DNA of 54,835 nucleotides, the filler included, from Sluysia triapertura (Eukaryota), in NCBI GenBank assembly GCA_046118255.1. It is 4 parts of 4 records of this genome, joined end to end, with 100 filler letters (N's around TTAATTAATTAA, not from the genome) between each part and the next. Parts side by side here need not be neighbours in the genome. Positions count along the whole stretch, not along the records: positions 17,317 to 28,572 come from JBJNIA010186691.1; positions 28,673 to 39,813 come from JBJNIA010188365.1; 2 more parts are not named here. The stretch is one strand, 5' to 3'. Positions 27,176 to 39,813 of the stretch are shown piece by piece; position 1 is the first letter of the stretch, and each line of letters begins with the position of its first letter. Both the position numbers and the translations under genes were made by a program. The notes beneath the pieces were generated by a model. It had not been told where the DNA came from and ran no database searches. It saw only the letters and a list, made by a program, of their open reading frames with translations.

Positions 27176-27700
27176 TGTGAATTTACCTACGATCCTAGAC
27201 TTACGAGTTACGGCTAGTACGTAGGATTTTAAAGAGTAATGTGAAATTTAATTGAGGGAAGAAAAATAGTACGGAATTTAAATTCTAACTCATAATAATT
27301 TATCTCTTATTAGTACTATTCAATTAAGACCTTAAGATTTACATAATTCTAAACTGAGATTTACAAAGTAGATTAAGGGTTATATGGGATCTTAGAAATG
27401 TTATTTTAGTATGGTTTCGTCTTAAATGAAACAGTAATAGTCAATAATTTAATTAGATTTGTTCATTAAATCAATCCTTAAGAGAAAATTTATGTAAATT
27501 CCTTCTTAAATAGAATTTTAAAGAATTTTTTAATTTATTTGATATTATTTTGAATGTTATAAAATTTACTAAATAGTTTATTCCGGTTTCTTATTAAATG
27601 AAACCGGGTGAAAAAATATTTTAAAAGGTTTTCTTATTAAACGAAACCTCTTATATAATAAAGATTTTAGGGTTACTTTGTAATTTCTGAATATTTTAAG
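27176..27700 (+). repeat. Repeat terminus TGTGAAAT..CCTACGATCCTAGACTTA; an inverted copy lies at ~35750-36060
   Basis: 18-bp exact inverted match CCTACGATCCTAGACTTA / TAAGTCTAGGATCGTAGG, plus the shared internal motif CGGT(A)TTC(C)TTATTAAA. Confidence 0.65.
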
Positions 27701-28497
27701 ACAAATATCACTTGATATTAAGGACTAACGAAAATCTAAAATTTACAAATGGTTTAATAATATAAATACAAATTACAACAATTTAAAGCACAATATGAAA
27801 CTTCAACTACTTTAGTATAAGGGAAAAGGATTTATATTAATTTCCAAGATTATTTTAATTTAATAATCTTTAAGTTTAAGAATTATAAGAAATTATTTTA
27901 CTAAGTTACCAATTTAAAAGATAACTGAAATGACTTCAAGCTGATTTTAAGTATAATTTATGAAGGAATTTTAAATATTGCCAAAAACTAGTATAGAACA
28001 AACTAAAGATGATTTTATCCGAAAATATTTATCAAGAATATTCTTTTTTATCAGTAATTTAAAATTGTATCTCTGAATGAAGAGCTAATTCATTCACTAA
28101 TTGATTTAACTGTATCGTTAAAATTATACCTGAACTGACTAATGGTTGTAAACACTAATTGTGTTTATATTTATACTTAAATTTGACCTTAAAAGTATAT
28201 AATTTAAACAGCAATATTTAAAAATATTTAGTGTATATAATTATTAATATTTAACCATAACATTTTATACAAAAAAGAATATATTTTTAAAAATTATTCA
28301 TAATATTTTATAGTATAATAAAGAGTAAAATATATTTTTAATAAAGATTATACATTTTAAAATGTCACATAATATAATATTTACATGATTTTTTCAAAAA
28401 TATAAAAATCTTATCATCACAATATCAAAATGTTATAAAAATGTTACTAAAATTAAATATTACATAACAAAAATGTTATCAACCAAAAAATTCATTG

Positions 28498-28499
<2 letters not shown>

Positions 28500-28567
<68 letters not shown>
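28500..28567. repeat. (TAT)n microsatellite at a contig end
   Basis: Perfect run just before the linker. Confidence 0.95.
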
Positions 28568-28572
28568 GTTGT

Positions 28573-28672
28573 NNNNNNNNNNNNNNNNNNNNNNNNNNNN
28601 NNNNNNNNNNNNNNNNTTAATTAATTAANNNNNNNNNNNNNNNNNNNNNNNNNNNNNNNNNNNNNNNNNNNN
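28573..28672. other. Artificial 100-bp assembly linker
   Basis: 44N-TTAATTAATTAA-44N. Confidence 0.95.
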
Positions 28673-29819
28673 CATTTATCTAAATTTAATAAATTTTTAT
28701 AATTTAAATTATTTTTTAAAAAATATAAATTTTATATACACTCTTACATAATTAAATCATAAATAAATAAATTAAATTTATAAGATTAAAAGAAATAAAT
28801 TAAATTATGAAATTTAAATGTAAAAAAATAAAATTTAAATTAAATTAATTAATAAAAAATCCAATTTGTTTTAATTAATTATTTTGTTAAATGGTCGAAA
28901 TCAACATGGATGACCACAAATTATGATATAAATAGATGAGTGAACATGTGGAACAAAAAATTTTGCAGTTTAGGTAAAACGAAAATAAATTTTGCAGAAG
29001 ACTTTTGAAAAAATTTACTCCTGAAGATTTTTAACATCAATGAAAAAGTAATTTTATTTTATTAAGTTCGATTCACCAAATTAGGAATAAAAAAAATATA
29101 CCTAAAATCATTTTTATTTTATGTAACATCTTAGAAAGAGTTGCGAAAGTTCATTATAAATTTTCATTAAAATCAACCGAGGTTGAATTGTATCATATAA
29201 AATTTTATTATTATTATAATTATCGTTTCTTTTATTGTAAGTAAATTTTTTTAGTTTTAGTAATAAACCTTATTGTGTTAGGTTGTATTAATACTTATAA
29301 ACTAATTTTTTAAAAACAACATCTTAAGAAGGATTGCGCAATATACTAAAATAACATTAAAATTTTTAAAAGCAACACCTTAATACGGGTTGCGTAATTA
29401 TAAAATATATAATTGATTAAGAAGTTGATCGTTATAAGTTTCATTATTAAGTTTATTTGATAAGTTGATATTGATTAAATTTGAATTTAAGTTTTGTTAT
29501 TGAATTTTTTGACTAAAGTTTATTTGATAAGTTTAAGCTAATATTTAAAGTTTAAGTTATATTTGTTGATTAAGTTTTAAGTTTATTAAGTTAAAAGTTA
29601 AGTTTTGATAAATTATAAGTTACGTTTTCAATTTTTTTAAAGCTACACTAACTGGGTTATACTGCTAATTGTTAAATAAGTTTTGATTACGACTATTTGA
29701 TTTACGATTACATTTTTCAATCTTATTGTTAAATAATTACGTTAAGAATAGATAATAATAATAACCATAAGAAGAAATATACGAGAACTTTAAGAAGTAG
29801 CTCACTTGAAAGATTTACA

Positions 29820-30810
29820 ATGACGGTACCATTTAAAGAATTTAAAGACTGGATGTCTAAATTGACTCAGAATATTAAACCAATAGTAATACTTCCAGAA
29901 ATGCGCAAGTTTAATGGCGCCGAAGAACTTTGTGATTTTTTATTTGAATTTCATAGCCTAGCTGAAGTTAATGGCTGGACACCGATAGATAAGGTTAAGA
30001 TGTATTATTTAACTGGTATTATTTACAATATTATTTAACTGGTGTTGCAATACAAACATATAAAGAGATAAAAGATGAACATTAAGAAGATTGGAACACA
30101 AATGTCGACGTTTTTACCGAAGAAATAGCATTAGAAGACATATGATTATACTATCTAAGAATGCTTAGTATAAGGGTACAGAAACCGCACGAAACAGTTT
30201 ATGAATTTGCATGTGTGCTTAGAATTCCAGATAACAGAGAGAAATAGTATTAATGGATAAGTTTACAAATTACGAATTTATGTAAATTTAATCGAAGAAA
30301 TGCCATTCAAAGGCATAGTTACGAAATTAAGAAGTATTGAATATACTAAAAATGAAACCAAAAAAATATAAGTTACATAGATGATAACAAGAATACAAGA
30401 AATCATTACAAGCATAAGCATGAGAATTCTTTTGAAGGCAATAATTTTAATAGTAATAATAGTGATTTTAATAGCAATACAGATAACAGTAACAATAACT
30501 TTGGAGGTAACAATAGAAGAAATTCAAATAATTTTGAAATAATCCAAGAAGAAACGACACTAATGTTGATAGGAATAATAGAGGATTTGAGAAGGACAAA
30601 TAAATAATATAGGTTCAAGAGAGTATGAACAACTTCCACTGCCAAGGTGGCCTAGTAAACAGTCGAATAATAATAATTTTTCAGTAAGAAATAAAAGTCC
30701 TGCACGATCAAACTATAATAACAGTTATGAAACAAGAACAAATATAGGTGACATAGTATGTCACAATTGCGGTAGACATGGGCACTATGCTCGAAATTGT
30801 AATAAGTTAA
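29820..30810 (+). pseudogene. gag: Ty3/Gypsy-type gag (capsid plus CCHC zinc knuckle), disrupted
   Basis: KFNGAEELCDFLFEFHSLAEVNGW..DK..YLTGVA...Y, then RVQKPHETVYEFA (major-homology-like), an N/R-rich linker and CHNCGRHGHYARNC at 30759-30800. A duplicated TATTATTTAACTGGT breaks the frame near 30003-30043. Confidence 0.85.
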
Positions 30811-32279
30811 GCAAGACTTAAATAAATGTCGACCTCCAGACAAACCTCACCAATGAGGGTAAGATTCCATAAGAGTAGGAATGAAGGACAAATAAATTGT
30901 AATTACGATTAGGAGTATGAAGATTAAGAATATGAGAGACATCCAAGAACACTGACAGATGAAGAAGAGATGCTAAGAGAATTTCGTAGAGAAAAAATAG
31001 TTAATAACGATATTAAGGAAGAAAAGAAACAACCTAGGAGTAGGCATGATGATGAAGATGATATGTTTATTAATTGTTTACATAATTCCTTTATGCAATT
31101 AGTAAATAAAAGTTAAGAGAGGATAAGAAGAGAAAAGACGTAGAAGAGCAACAAAATTCAAAAATAATTAAAAGTGCTCAACAAATTGAAGAAGAAAGAA
31201 AGTATGCCGAAGCAATTGTAAGTAGATGGATGAAGCATAGTGGCATAACAGAAGAAGACGAGGATAAAATCAACATTAAGTGATATTAACTGTATAGTAA
31301 ACTTAGAAGAAGAAGAAACAATTAGTTCATATGATCAAGAAGAAAAGATTGATTATATACTCTCAGATACTGAACCGATGATTATTTTAGGTAATGAAGA
31401 AGATATTCCAACCGAGGGAAATAGTACACAAAAAACAAATTTTTTAGAGGTTTATCCAAAGAGGTAGAAATGTTTCTTTCAGATTTAGTAGGCGGTAAAA
31501 ACATGGATAAAAATTTAAATATACTTTTAAAAATGAACTTAGATATGTTTAATAGACAAAATATTCGGTCATGCTTAACTTCACTTAAGTGAGGAAGATA
31601 GCCTACATAGTGTTAAGGCACGAAGATTATTAAGAAAAATAGGTTTGGCTGATAGAACAGAAACACCTGACACATTGATAAACATTAATATACTTATATA
31701 TGGAATTGCCTGTTACTCTAAGAGTAGAAGATGTAATAAATATGCTTATATTAAACGACCTATCAATATTGAGTGCGAAACTATATATCTTTAAGAGACA
31801 TCTAAAACCCAGAGAATATTTAATAGATTAGGTTATCAATTGGGTGATCATGATGAAATGATAAAGGCAGAAATAGTACATGAGAATTCAAATGACGTTA
31901 AAAATGAATCTCCACGTACACTACTAAGACAATTAATGGAGGATGATTATGTACATGTAGTTGATATCGATGCCGAAGCAGAAAAAGATGACCCACTTGA
32001 TTATATAGTGAACCTTAATAAAAACTCACATCTAGAAACCGTCGATAAAGAAACGAATACAATAAAAAGAGACGAGAATGATATAATAACTGCACATTTC
32101 GTTAAAAATACTATCGATATCCTAAAATACTAATAATATCAGGATTTATGTATCAAGATAAAGACGAATACCCATTGGAAGAAATAAATAAAAATACTGA
32201 CCAGATACAAAGAAAAAGGCTAGATGAAGTCGAACACCGACAATACTAATGGCTAGTAGAGAAGAAGATAGTTTAATTT

Positions 32280-33290
32280 TTATTTCAAAAGGAACAATAA
32301 TCCGCTCTGGAAAAGAAATAACAGAAACTAACTCAGAGAAACTATCTCTCAGAGAAAATAATTCAACAAGCTAAGAAAGGCCTATTTTAACAATAAAATC
32401 GATTTCTATTACCATTTAGGTTTGATTTCGCTAGAAAAAATTTATCAAATTATGATTACTCGGGATTGTCAATTTAACAAAGAAATTCTACGCACAAAAT
32501 AGCTATTACAAATCCAGACTTAGTCGCACCACTACCACCATTAGAAGAAGGAGTTTTACACGCATAAATGTAAAAAGGTAGAAGTACAATTAAGGTTAAC
32601 CACCGAATGCACAAATGAATTGCTTATACTATACGGTAAAACAGAAACATACCTCGAACCAGTAACCAAAGTAATATTTCCAAATAATAAAGTCAAACCA
32701 AAATTAATGCACTGCTCTAACGTCATGGCACCAGAATATAGAATCGATGATAATTTATGGATATCCTTGCTACACAGAAGCCAGGTAAAAACTCCAGAAA
32801 TAATAGGACTAACTGAATTAAAGGGAAAACTAAAATTTTTAGCTACAAAAATATACCAAATTCTGGCATTTATACGAATGACGATATGTAAGCAGCCTGG
32901 CGGAAGATACTATTCCCAATGAAAAGGTCAAAAATATTAACTGAAATTGTAGATAAAGCAACAGTTGAAAAGTATGGACAAGTAAATTTCGAATTACTAT
33001 TTGGACCCGATCATTTTAAAAGATCTGCACAAGATACACTGAAACAGATATGGGGAAAATTTTTAATATTAGAACAAGCATTTTCTGGATTAATAGGAAT
33101 ATTTATAATCATTAAGGTAATGTCTTTGATAATTTTTCACGCTTTTTCAGTAGTCTGAATTTATAAAATCTCGTGATTTATGTAGAAATTAATAATTGGA
33201 TGTTTTCCATTCCTGGCAAAATACTTCTTGCACCACCACGCAAATGCTCAAATAAATGCATTAAGAAGACAATACACAGAAGAATGACAG
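32280..33290 (+). pseudogene. env: Chuvirus (Jingchuvirales)-like envelope glycoprotein, C-terminal portion with transmembrane helix, disrupted
   Basis: KAYFNNKIDF..LEKIYQIMITRDCQFNKEILRT / IAITNPD..G.VLH / KCKKVEVQLRLTTECTNEL..YLEPVTKVI..CSNVMAPEYRIDDNLW / SGIYTNDDM...ILFP..IWGKF..FSGLIGIFIIIK. This follows the recalled chuviral G motif order (AYVNSK, C..E, PD, HIIKC.PVEV..R.T.EC..EL, C....P.Y.I...W, SGIY, MFP, W..F..F..G.IGI). Confidence 0.75.
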
Positions 33291-36149
33291 CAATTACAAA
33301 CATTGCAAAACAGTGAAAATGAATAAATAATAGAAAATCAAAAATGCATTGAAATTCAGAAAACAGCTATAAATTTTACATAAATTTTAGATAAAATTTT
33401 ACATAAAGATTCAATTTGACACAACTTTCAGAAATTATTTATTACTCGCACTTTAAAATTTTAATTTATTTATGATTTTTATTCATTTACTTTTTTAGTG
33501 AATGTGTGTAAAAAATTAAATTTACTTAATAAAAGCATAAAAGTAAGTTTCATTAAATTGAATTTAAGAAAAATTACTTTTATTTAATATTTGTAAGTAG
33601 AGCATAAAAACACAAAATTTCAATAAAGATTTTGTTAATGTGAACTTTTTATTATTTTTGCATCAATAAAATGTATAGAATGTAAGGGTCAGGACTCAGA
33701 ATAACAGAATAAGTTGAACATTATTAAAGAATTAAGATGAGGTATCATGATGAATTGTAATGGTAAGATAAGTATATAAAATACTTACATTAAAACAAAA
33801 TAATGAGAGATATTTGTTAATTAAATTAATTAAAATTTGTTTAATTTGATAAGTCAGTAAAAATGTGTGTTTATGATATAATGATTTTAGATTTAGTGTA
33901 TAATATTGAGTTTTATTACTGTTTTTAATGATGAAGTATTGCAAAGCACGTCAACGTAGATAACGTAAAAAGTAGTTATTTTAATTAATTTTTATAATTT
34001 AAAATTAAAGTTAAATGTGTTCCGATGTCTAAGTGTTAATAAAGTATATATCAAATTGATGCTTATAGCAGAGATCAATTCAAATATGTTATTGAACTTG
34101 ACTTGAAATGCAAGGTTGACGTACAAAATATTAATACAAAATTAGTCCTGTGAGAAATAAATTTATTATTTCATTATTTTATCTTTAAATTAAGTTGACA
34201 AATTACGATATTATTATAAAAACAATGTAACAATGACTTTAAATTTTAATTAGATGATATTAAGAAGATAAAGAGATTGTTTATCACAAATCCCATTAGC
34301 TTTGGATAATTAGAATGATAATGAAGTTGAACATAGACGGAAATTGCTGTCGACATTTAATCAGCGAAATTAGTCAGCTTATTGCCGACTAAAAGAAAAT
34401 CGACAGCTTTAATTTCCGTCTTGTCAATTTCTGATTTTTAATTTCTCTAATTATCATAAAACTGCTACTTTCTAGTTGTAGGGACGCTGCCTTGATTCAT
34501 CTGTGGTTAACGGTGATATAAAGACTTATTCTTTAGTAATTGATTAAAATAAATATTTAGAGTTAGAGTAGTAAGGATTAGTGAATTATTTTATATTGTA
34601 TTAATACGGATGCAAAAATTTAAATAAGTTCTGTCACCCTGGTTAATATTTGCCATTGAAGAGTGATTTATATTGTTATAAAGAATAATTTGTATTGTTA
34701 TTGTTATAAAGAATATTTCAGGTGTAATCTTGTGATAATATAAAGAATATATCAAGATTTTGAATTTATTTAGTTATTGAGTTTTGATTTAATAATTTGG
34801 GAAATAAAAGTATTAAAAGATACAACAATAGTACAAAAAGAATGGATGCATTAGAATACCATTTTCAATAATTATTATTAAACTAGAAATCAAACGTTTC
34901 AAGCTTATTAAAATGAGATAACAATTAAGCAAGACGAAAGTTTTTAAAATTTTTAAAGAATCGACTATCTACTTGGAAAATATGACATAGATTATTCTTT
35001 TTCGAAGTTAGTGTAAGGTTGTTTTATAGGATTTTGTAAGTCAAATTTTAAACTATAATTAAATTAAATGTCATAAATTTATTTTCGCATGGTATTTTAA
35101 GGGTAGTGAAACATTTTTGATTAAATAAATATGTAATTGTCATATGTTAAAGTTTATATTTATGTCAGAGTTAAGATACATTAAAAATACAAAGTTTGTG
35201 TACAGAATTTATTTATGTTAATTTGTAAATTTATAAATTTATAAATATAATTTGTAAATTTAGTTTTAATTAATAATGAAATTTAAATATTTAAACATAC
35301 CATGTTTGCAAACTAATTAAATATTTTGTTTAAATTAAATAATTGATATCATTCTGTTTAACTACAATGTCCATTCTCATTAGAATATAAAAACACTAAT
35401 CACAATTTACATTTTACACAATTTTTCGATTTATCTGGAAAAACAACAAATCTTTGCACAATTTTGCTCAACTTTCAAATAGTGTGGAATTTTCTACGGT
35501 TTCTGTAATTAACAAATTACTTCAACGTACCACCTGCAATACATTTCCTGATTCTTCAAAAAATTAATTCTTGATAGTTTTTGTTAGTAAGTTGTACCTA
35601 TTTTAGTAGGTAGTAAACTCGACTTAAAATCTTTTCATAATTTTTTAATAGACCTTTTAATTGGGTCTTGAAACTAATTTTTATATTCCTTTATTAACGT
35701 TGTCATTAATATACTTTAATTTTTTAGAGTTTGTAATTTGATTGTTAGAAAATTTTTTAATAAGGGATGATGTTTATAAATACATGGTCGTAAAATTCCA
35801 CTCAAATTATTTTTAATTTAGATTTGATTTTAATAAGGAATACCGCTTTTAATTACACGGTAGAAAAATTCTACTTAAATTGTAAATAGTCACTGAAAAA
35901 TTAATTGTATTACTATTTACAAGCTGAAAGACGAATTTAGGATTTATTGCAATAGTTGAATTCAAAAATAAACCTCCACTATTGTTTCTGTTGATACCTG
36001 TGGACTAGTCCTTAAGTGAATAAGTCTAGGATCGTAGGGACCAACATGTCACATTTCACATTATATTATCAAACATAAAATTTCTCTGCATAATATATAA
36101 ATTAATTTTAAATTATAACAATAGTAATTATTACTACAAATTGTTACAG

Positions 36150-36321
36150 AAATAATATGAAAGCAGATTCTGCCAAATCGTTAAAGTATTACGATATGAA
36201 TAATGATGGTAAAGTAGACTGGAGTGAATATGTACAGATGGCCTATGAAATGGATTTGAATACACTACATATGATTCAAGAACGAAAGAACAAGTCAGCC
36301 AATGATGTACATTTTCTTCGA
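36150..36321 (+). CDS. Isolated intact exon of a CREC-family EF-hand protein (calumenin/reticulocalbin-like)
   Basis: Flanked by an acceptor ending CAG at 36149 and a GTTAGT donor at 36322. Encodes YDMNNDGKVDWSEY, a canonical EF-hand loop with the CREC-type 'V.W.EY'. Other exons were not found. Confidence 0.65.
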
Positions 36322-36385
36322 GTTAGTTCAATTCTTTGATAAATTTATATTATAAATATATACTTATTTTTTATTTTATTATTAT

Positions 36386-36543
36386 TGTTAGACTTCGTAA
36401 TATGGACTGACCGGGGATCGAACCCGGGACCATCGTCTGGGCAATCGATGCTCTACCACTGAGCTATCAGCCCCGTCTAACGATTTCATTTTCAATATAT
36501 TCAATTATACTACTTGGCACTTTTTAGGCCTTTTACCCCAACA
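36386..36543 (-). mobile_element. 158-bp TGTT..AACA tRNA-carrying element, second copy; 4-bp TSD TTAT
   Basis: End-to-end homologous to 4567-4725, with TTAT at 36382-36385 and 36544-36547. Confidence 0.85.
36403..36473 (-). tRNA. tRNA-Ala-derived pseudo-tRNA inside the mobile element
   Basis: GGGCTGATAGCTCAGTGGTAGAGCATCGATTGCCCAGACGATGGTCCCGGGTTCGATCCCCGGTCAGTCCA has intact acceptor, D and T stems and a G3:U70 pair, but a defective anticodon arm. Confidence 0.75.
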
Positions 36544-38349
36544 TTATTATATATTTACTACATTAATAAATTTATTATAAATACCTTGTGTTTTCTTACA
36601 CATTTATTTTCAGATTATCACAATAATTATTATTGAAGTTGCAAGTATATGTCAAAATAAAATGGATAGCATTGGATTAGATTATTGGTTGAATGTTTTA
36701 TATTGGCTAGATTGAGTATTACATTAAATTTGGATTTGGTGTTAATTAATTGGAAAATGATTTTTAAACTTTTGATTTTAATCAATTTTATTTTATTTTA
36801 AGTAGTCAAAATTGATTTTAATTGTCAGTTAATCAGAAAAATTTACTGTGTGTCACTATAACATATATTATAGAAGCATACTTATACAAGAATGTGATAT
36901 GATATTATTCCTTACATACATCCATAGTTGTGCCTGTCATTGCAGTTTAAATACTTCAACACATATCAAATCTTGTAACAAGACATCTCCACCTCTTTAA
37001 ACAGCATTCTTTATGATCACACAAACCTATTTATACTTGGGTTGATTTCAAAGTTGTAGAAGATTCTTTTAATTGATAATAATTGGCAAGAAAATGATTT
37101 TCTAAATATATTAATTTATATACTAAATTTTTTAATTGAAATTATCCAATTATAAATGAAACACTATTTGATTTTTAATTTTTTTACCACTGTTGCACCT
37201 TTATAAATAGATCTTAAAATTAATTCATTTTATTCAATATCAACTTTAAATTCCAACTGTCTTGGTTATCAAGTTTTTAGAAATTAATTGATTTGTAAAT
37301 TTTGAATGTGACTGTGTATGATTGTATGGGATGCTGATTAGATATGAAATATGTTCTACCGTTTACTATTTACATATTTCATTTACCATTTGCAAAAATA
37401 ACCAATTTTCTTAAATACTGTTTTAGTTTCCATTGATAAAATTTTAAATGATTAAGATCATTTAAAACGTGACTTACAAAATGTCGGAATGATTTCTTTG
37501 TACCTATTTATATCCGCACAATAAATGACTAAACTCTTTGTACATATATGTGAGGCGCGTTTCATCATTATCTTATATAATTTTCATATCCAAGTCGATA
37601 AAACAATACCAATTTTACCAAAATCGTCGAAATTGTTTACAGTACCAAAATCGTTATCCTATAGTAAAAAAATTTAATCAATCCATTTATGAAAGATGAA
37701 ACACAAATGTACAAACATCTAGAATTTTTGACACATATGAAATTCACTTTCTACAAAAGGATATGATTTACAAATTCAAATAACGTGCAAATATGCTGTG
37801 AACTCAATTTGCTGCCATGTTATTAGAAATAAGTACAGAAATAATAAACAAATTCAACATACCAAATGTAATTCCAGAACATCCTCATATAATGTGCTCC
37901 ATTCATTACTGCTGAGATTAACTGTTAAATAAGAAAAAAGTAAGGAAGATTGGAAATTAAAAGTGTAGGAATAATTGATAAAGTGATGGGCAAACCATGA
38001 TTAAATATTGTTGAGTACGCTTGATGAAGATGAATACGTTTATAATAGTGTTAACAACTGAAGAATACTTTGGAGTTCCAAAGATCTATTGGGTGTTGAG
38101 ACGTTGCGTAAGTTTGAGATGGGTTTTGAAAACCTTTAGAAGCATTAAGGTACCTTGAGATCATTGGAGATTTTATTGACCTTTAAGTAAACGTCAAACC
38201 TTGATAAACATTTAAGACTTTTGATTAATCTTATAAAGTAATTGAAATCATTAAAATATTTGAGAAATAAAATCATAGTTGATAATATTAAAGATAAGTT
38301 TAATAATGTAGTAATTAGTATAAAGAAGTAGAAAAAGGAATCAGAAACC

Positions 38350-38522
38350 ATCTAGAGCCTCCTGAATGCCTTATAAACTACTAAATAACTTTAGAACCTT
38401 AATAAAACTTTTAAACGTAGAATAAAATTAAGTCTAAAAGTAGAATAATTAATAACATCTTCATTAAGTTAATTAAGAAAAAGTACGATTTTGTTAGTAA
38501 CGTTCGAATGCGGAATGCTACA
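38350..38522 (+). repeat. Repeat shared with 15255-15409; possibly the 3' end of an LTR-like unit starting near 37867
   Basis: Direct match to 15255-15409. Ends in ..GCTACA. Confidence 0.7.
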
Positions 38523-39736
38523 TTAAAATTGAAACTATGTATTCATTTGTTTTGAAAAGACCTTTCGATAAAGGTATGGTTTGACTGATTTCATGCACGG
38601 AAAGCCTTAATATTAAGCAAAGCCAAATTTTAATTAATTTTTATTTATGGAATGTTGAATTTTTCGAACTTAGAATGATGAAAATATAATGAATTGAATA
38701 TGAGACGATTACTCTGAAAGAGGATAATCCAGAAGTGAATTTGAAATGTTTACAGAGTGGTTTGCTTAAGAATAAAAGTCTTAAAAATTTTCCATAAGAA
38801 AATTAGGTTTGAAAAATAATATTTTGATGCGAAAAGTAATTTAAGTAAAAGTAGATTGGGTAGAGTAAATAAAATAATAGATCATAATAATTCAACTTTT
38901 TGAGTTCTGTCTCTAATACCGTTTGACAGACCGTACCATGTAACAGTATGAAAGAGTGTTTATGATCGTTAAACTCAAAGTGATTAGATGATGTGAAAAT
39001 TTTTACACACAATAACAACAATAACACAAAATAAATCTAGCAGTTAAGTTTATGTATGTGTAATTTTGTTTATTATTTTATTTTATTTTAAAATAATAAT
39101 TAATAAATTAATATTAATTATAATTTTTGGTTTTTGAGAAGCTCCCTATCCAAATTTATTTTAAAAAGGCAGAAGTTTGTGAATTATTAACTTTTTTAAT
39201 TTTTGGGTAGGTTCTTTGCCCATGTTATTTTTGATAAAATCATTAAGAAATTATTAAACTGAGTGATATTGAATTTATAATATTAAAATTGTGAATCAAT
39301 TAATTGTAAATTAATTTATATTTAATTAAAATATATATCGTTTCGATGACATCTCTAGTATATTTCATAATACGTACTTTATTTGTATCCACCTTACTAG
39401 TTAATATTAGTCTGTTAATATTTTTCATGTACGTTTATCCATAATATTTTCTAGATACTAATTAAGTATGACAGATTTTTGCCTTCTTCCTCTATATTTG
39501 TCTATTAATTTTTAGCTTCTACTTTGTTTAAAAAGATGTTTTGAGTTTTTAAAGTTACATCATGAATATTCGTAGATATTTGGACATTTTCAGATATTGT
39601 AAAGTCAATGCAATGTAATTTTATGTAATTTTATTTGACATAGTCTTAGTCTAAATAATTTTTAACAATGGTAACATTATTCAAAATTTATTTATATTTA
39701 ATAATGATCTCCATTAACATTAACTTTGTATACAAA

Positions 39737-39781
<45 letters not shown>

Positions 39782-39813
39782 CATTATTATTATCATTATT
39801 ATTATCATTATTA

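Larger units (their letters stand above)
29100..33400 (+). mobile_element. Decayed LTR-type retroelement: Gypsy-like gag, unknown acidic region, chuvirus-like env; no pol seen; boundaries approximate
   Basis: Colinear same-strand gag, zinc knuckle and glycoprotein fragments with many stops and frameshifts. LTRs were not identified. Confidence 0.8.

Noticed and set aside
33681-34125. Possible 3' LTR of the gag/env element (TGTA..TACA with an internal AATAAA)
   Set aside because: No polypurine tract upstream and no matching 5' copy in the contig.
27176-36060. Single 8.9-kb element with inverted termini enclosing gag and env
   Set aside because: It spans an artificial linker, and only a 3-bp TTA flank match exists in AT-rich sequence.
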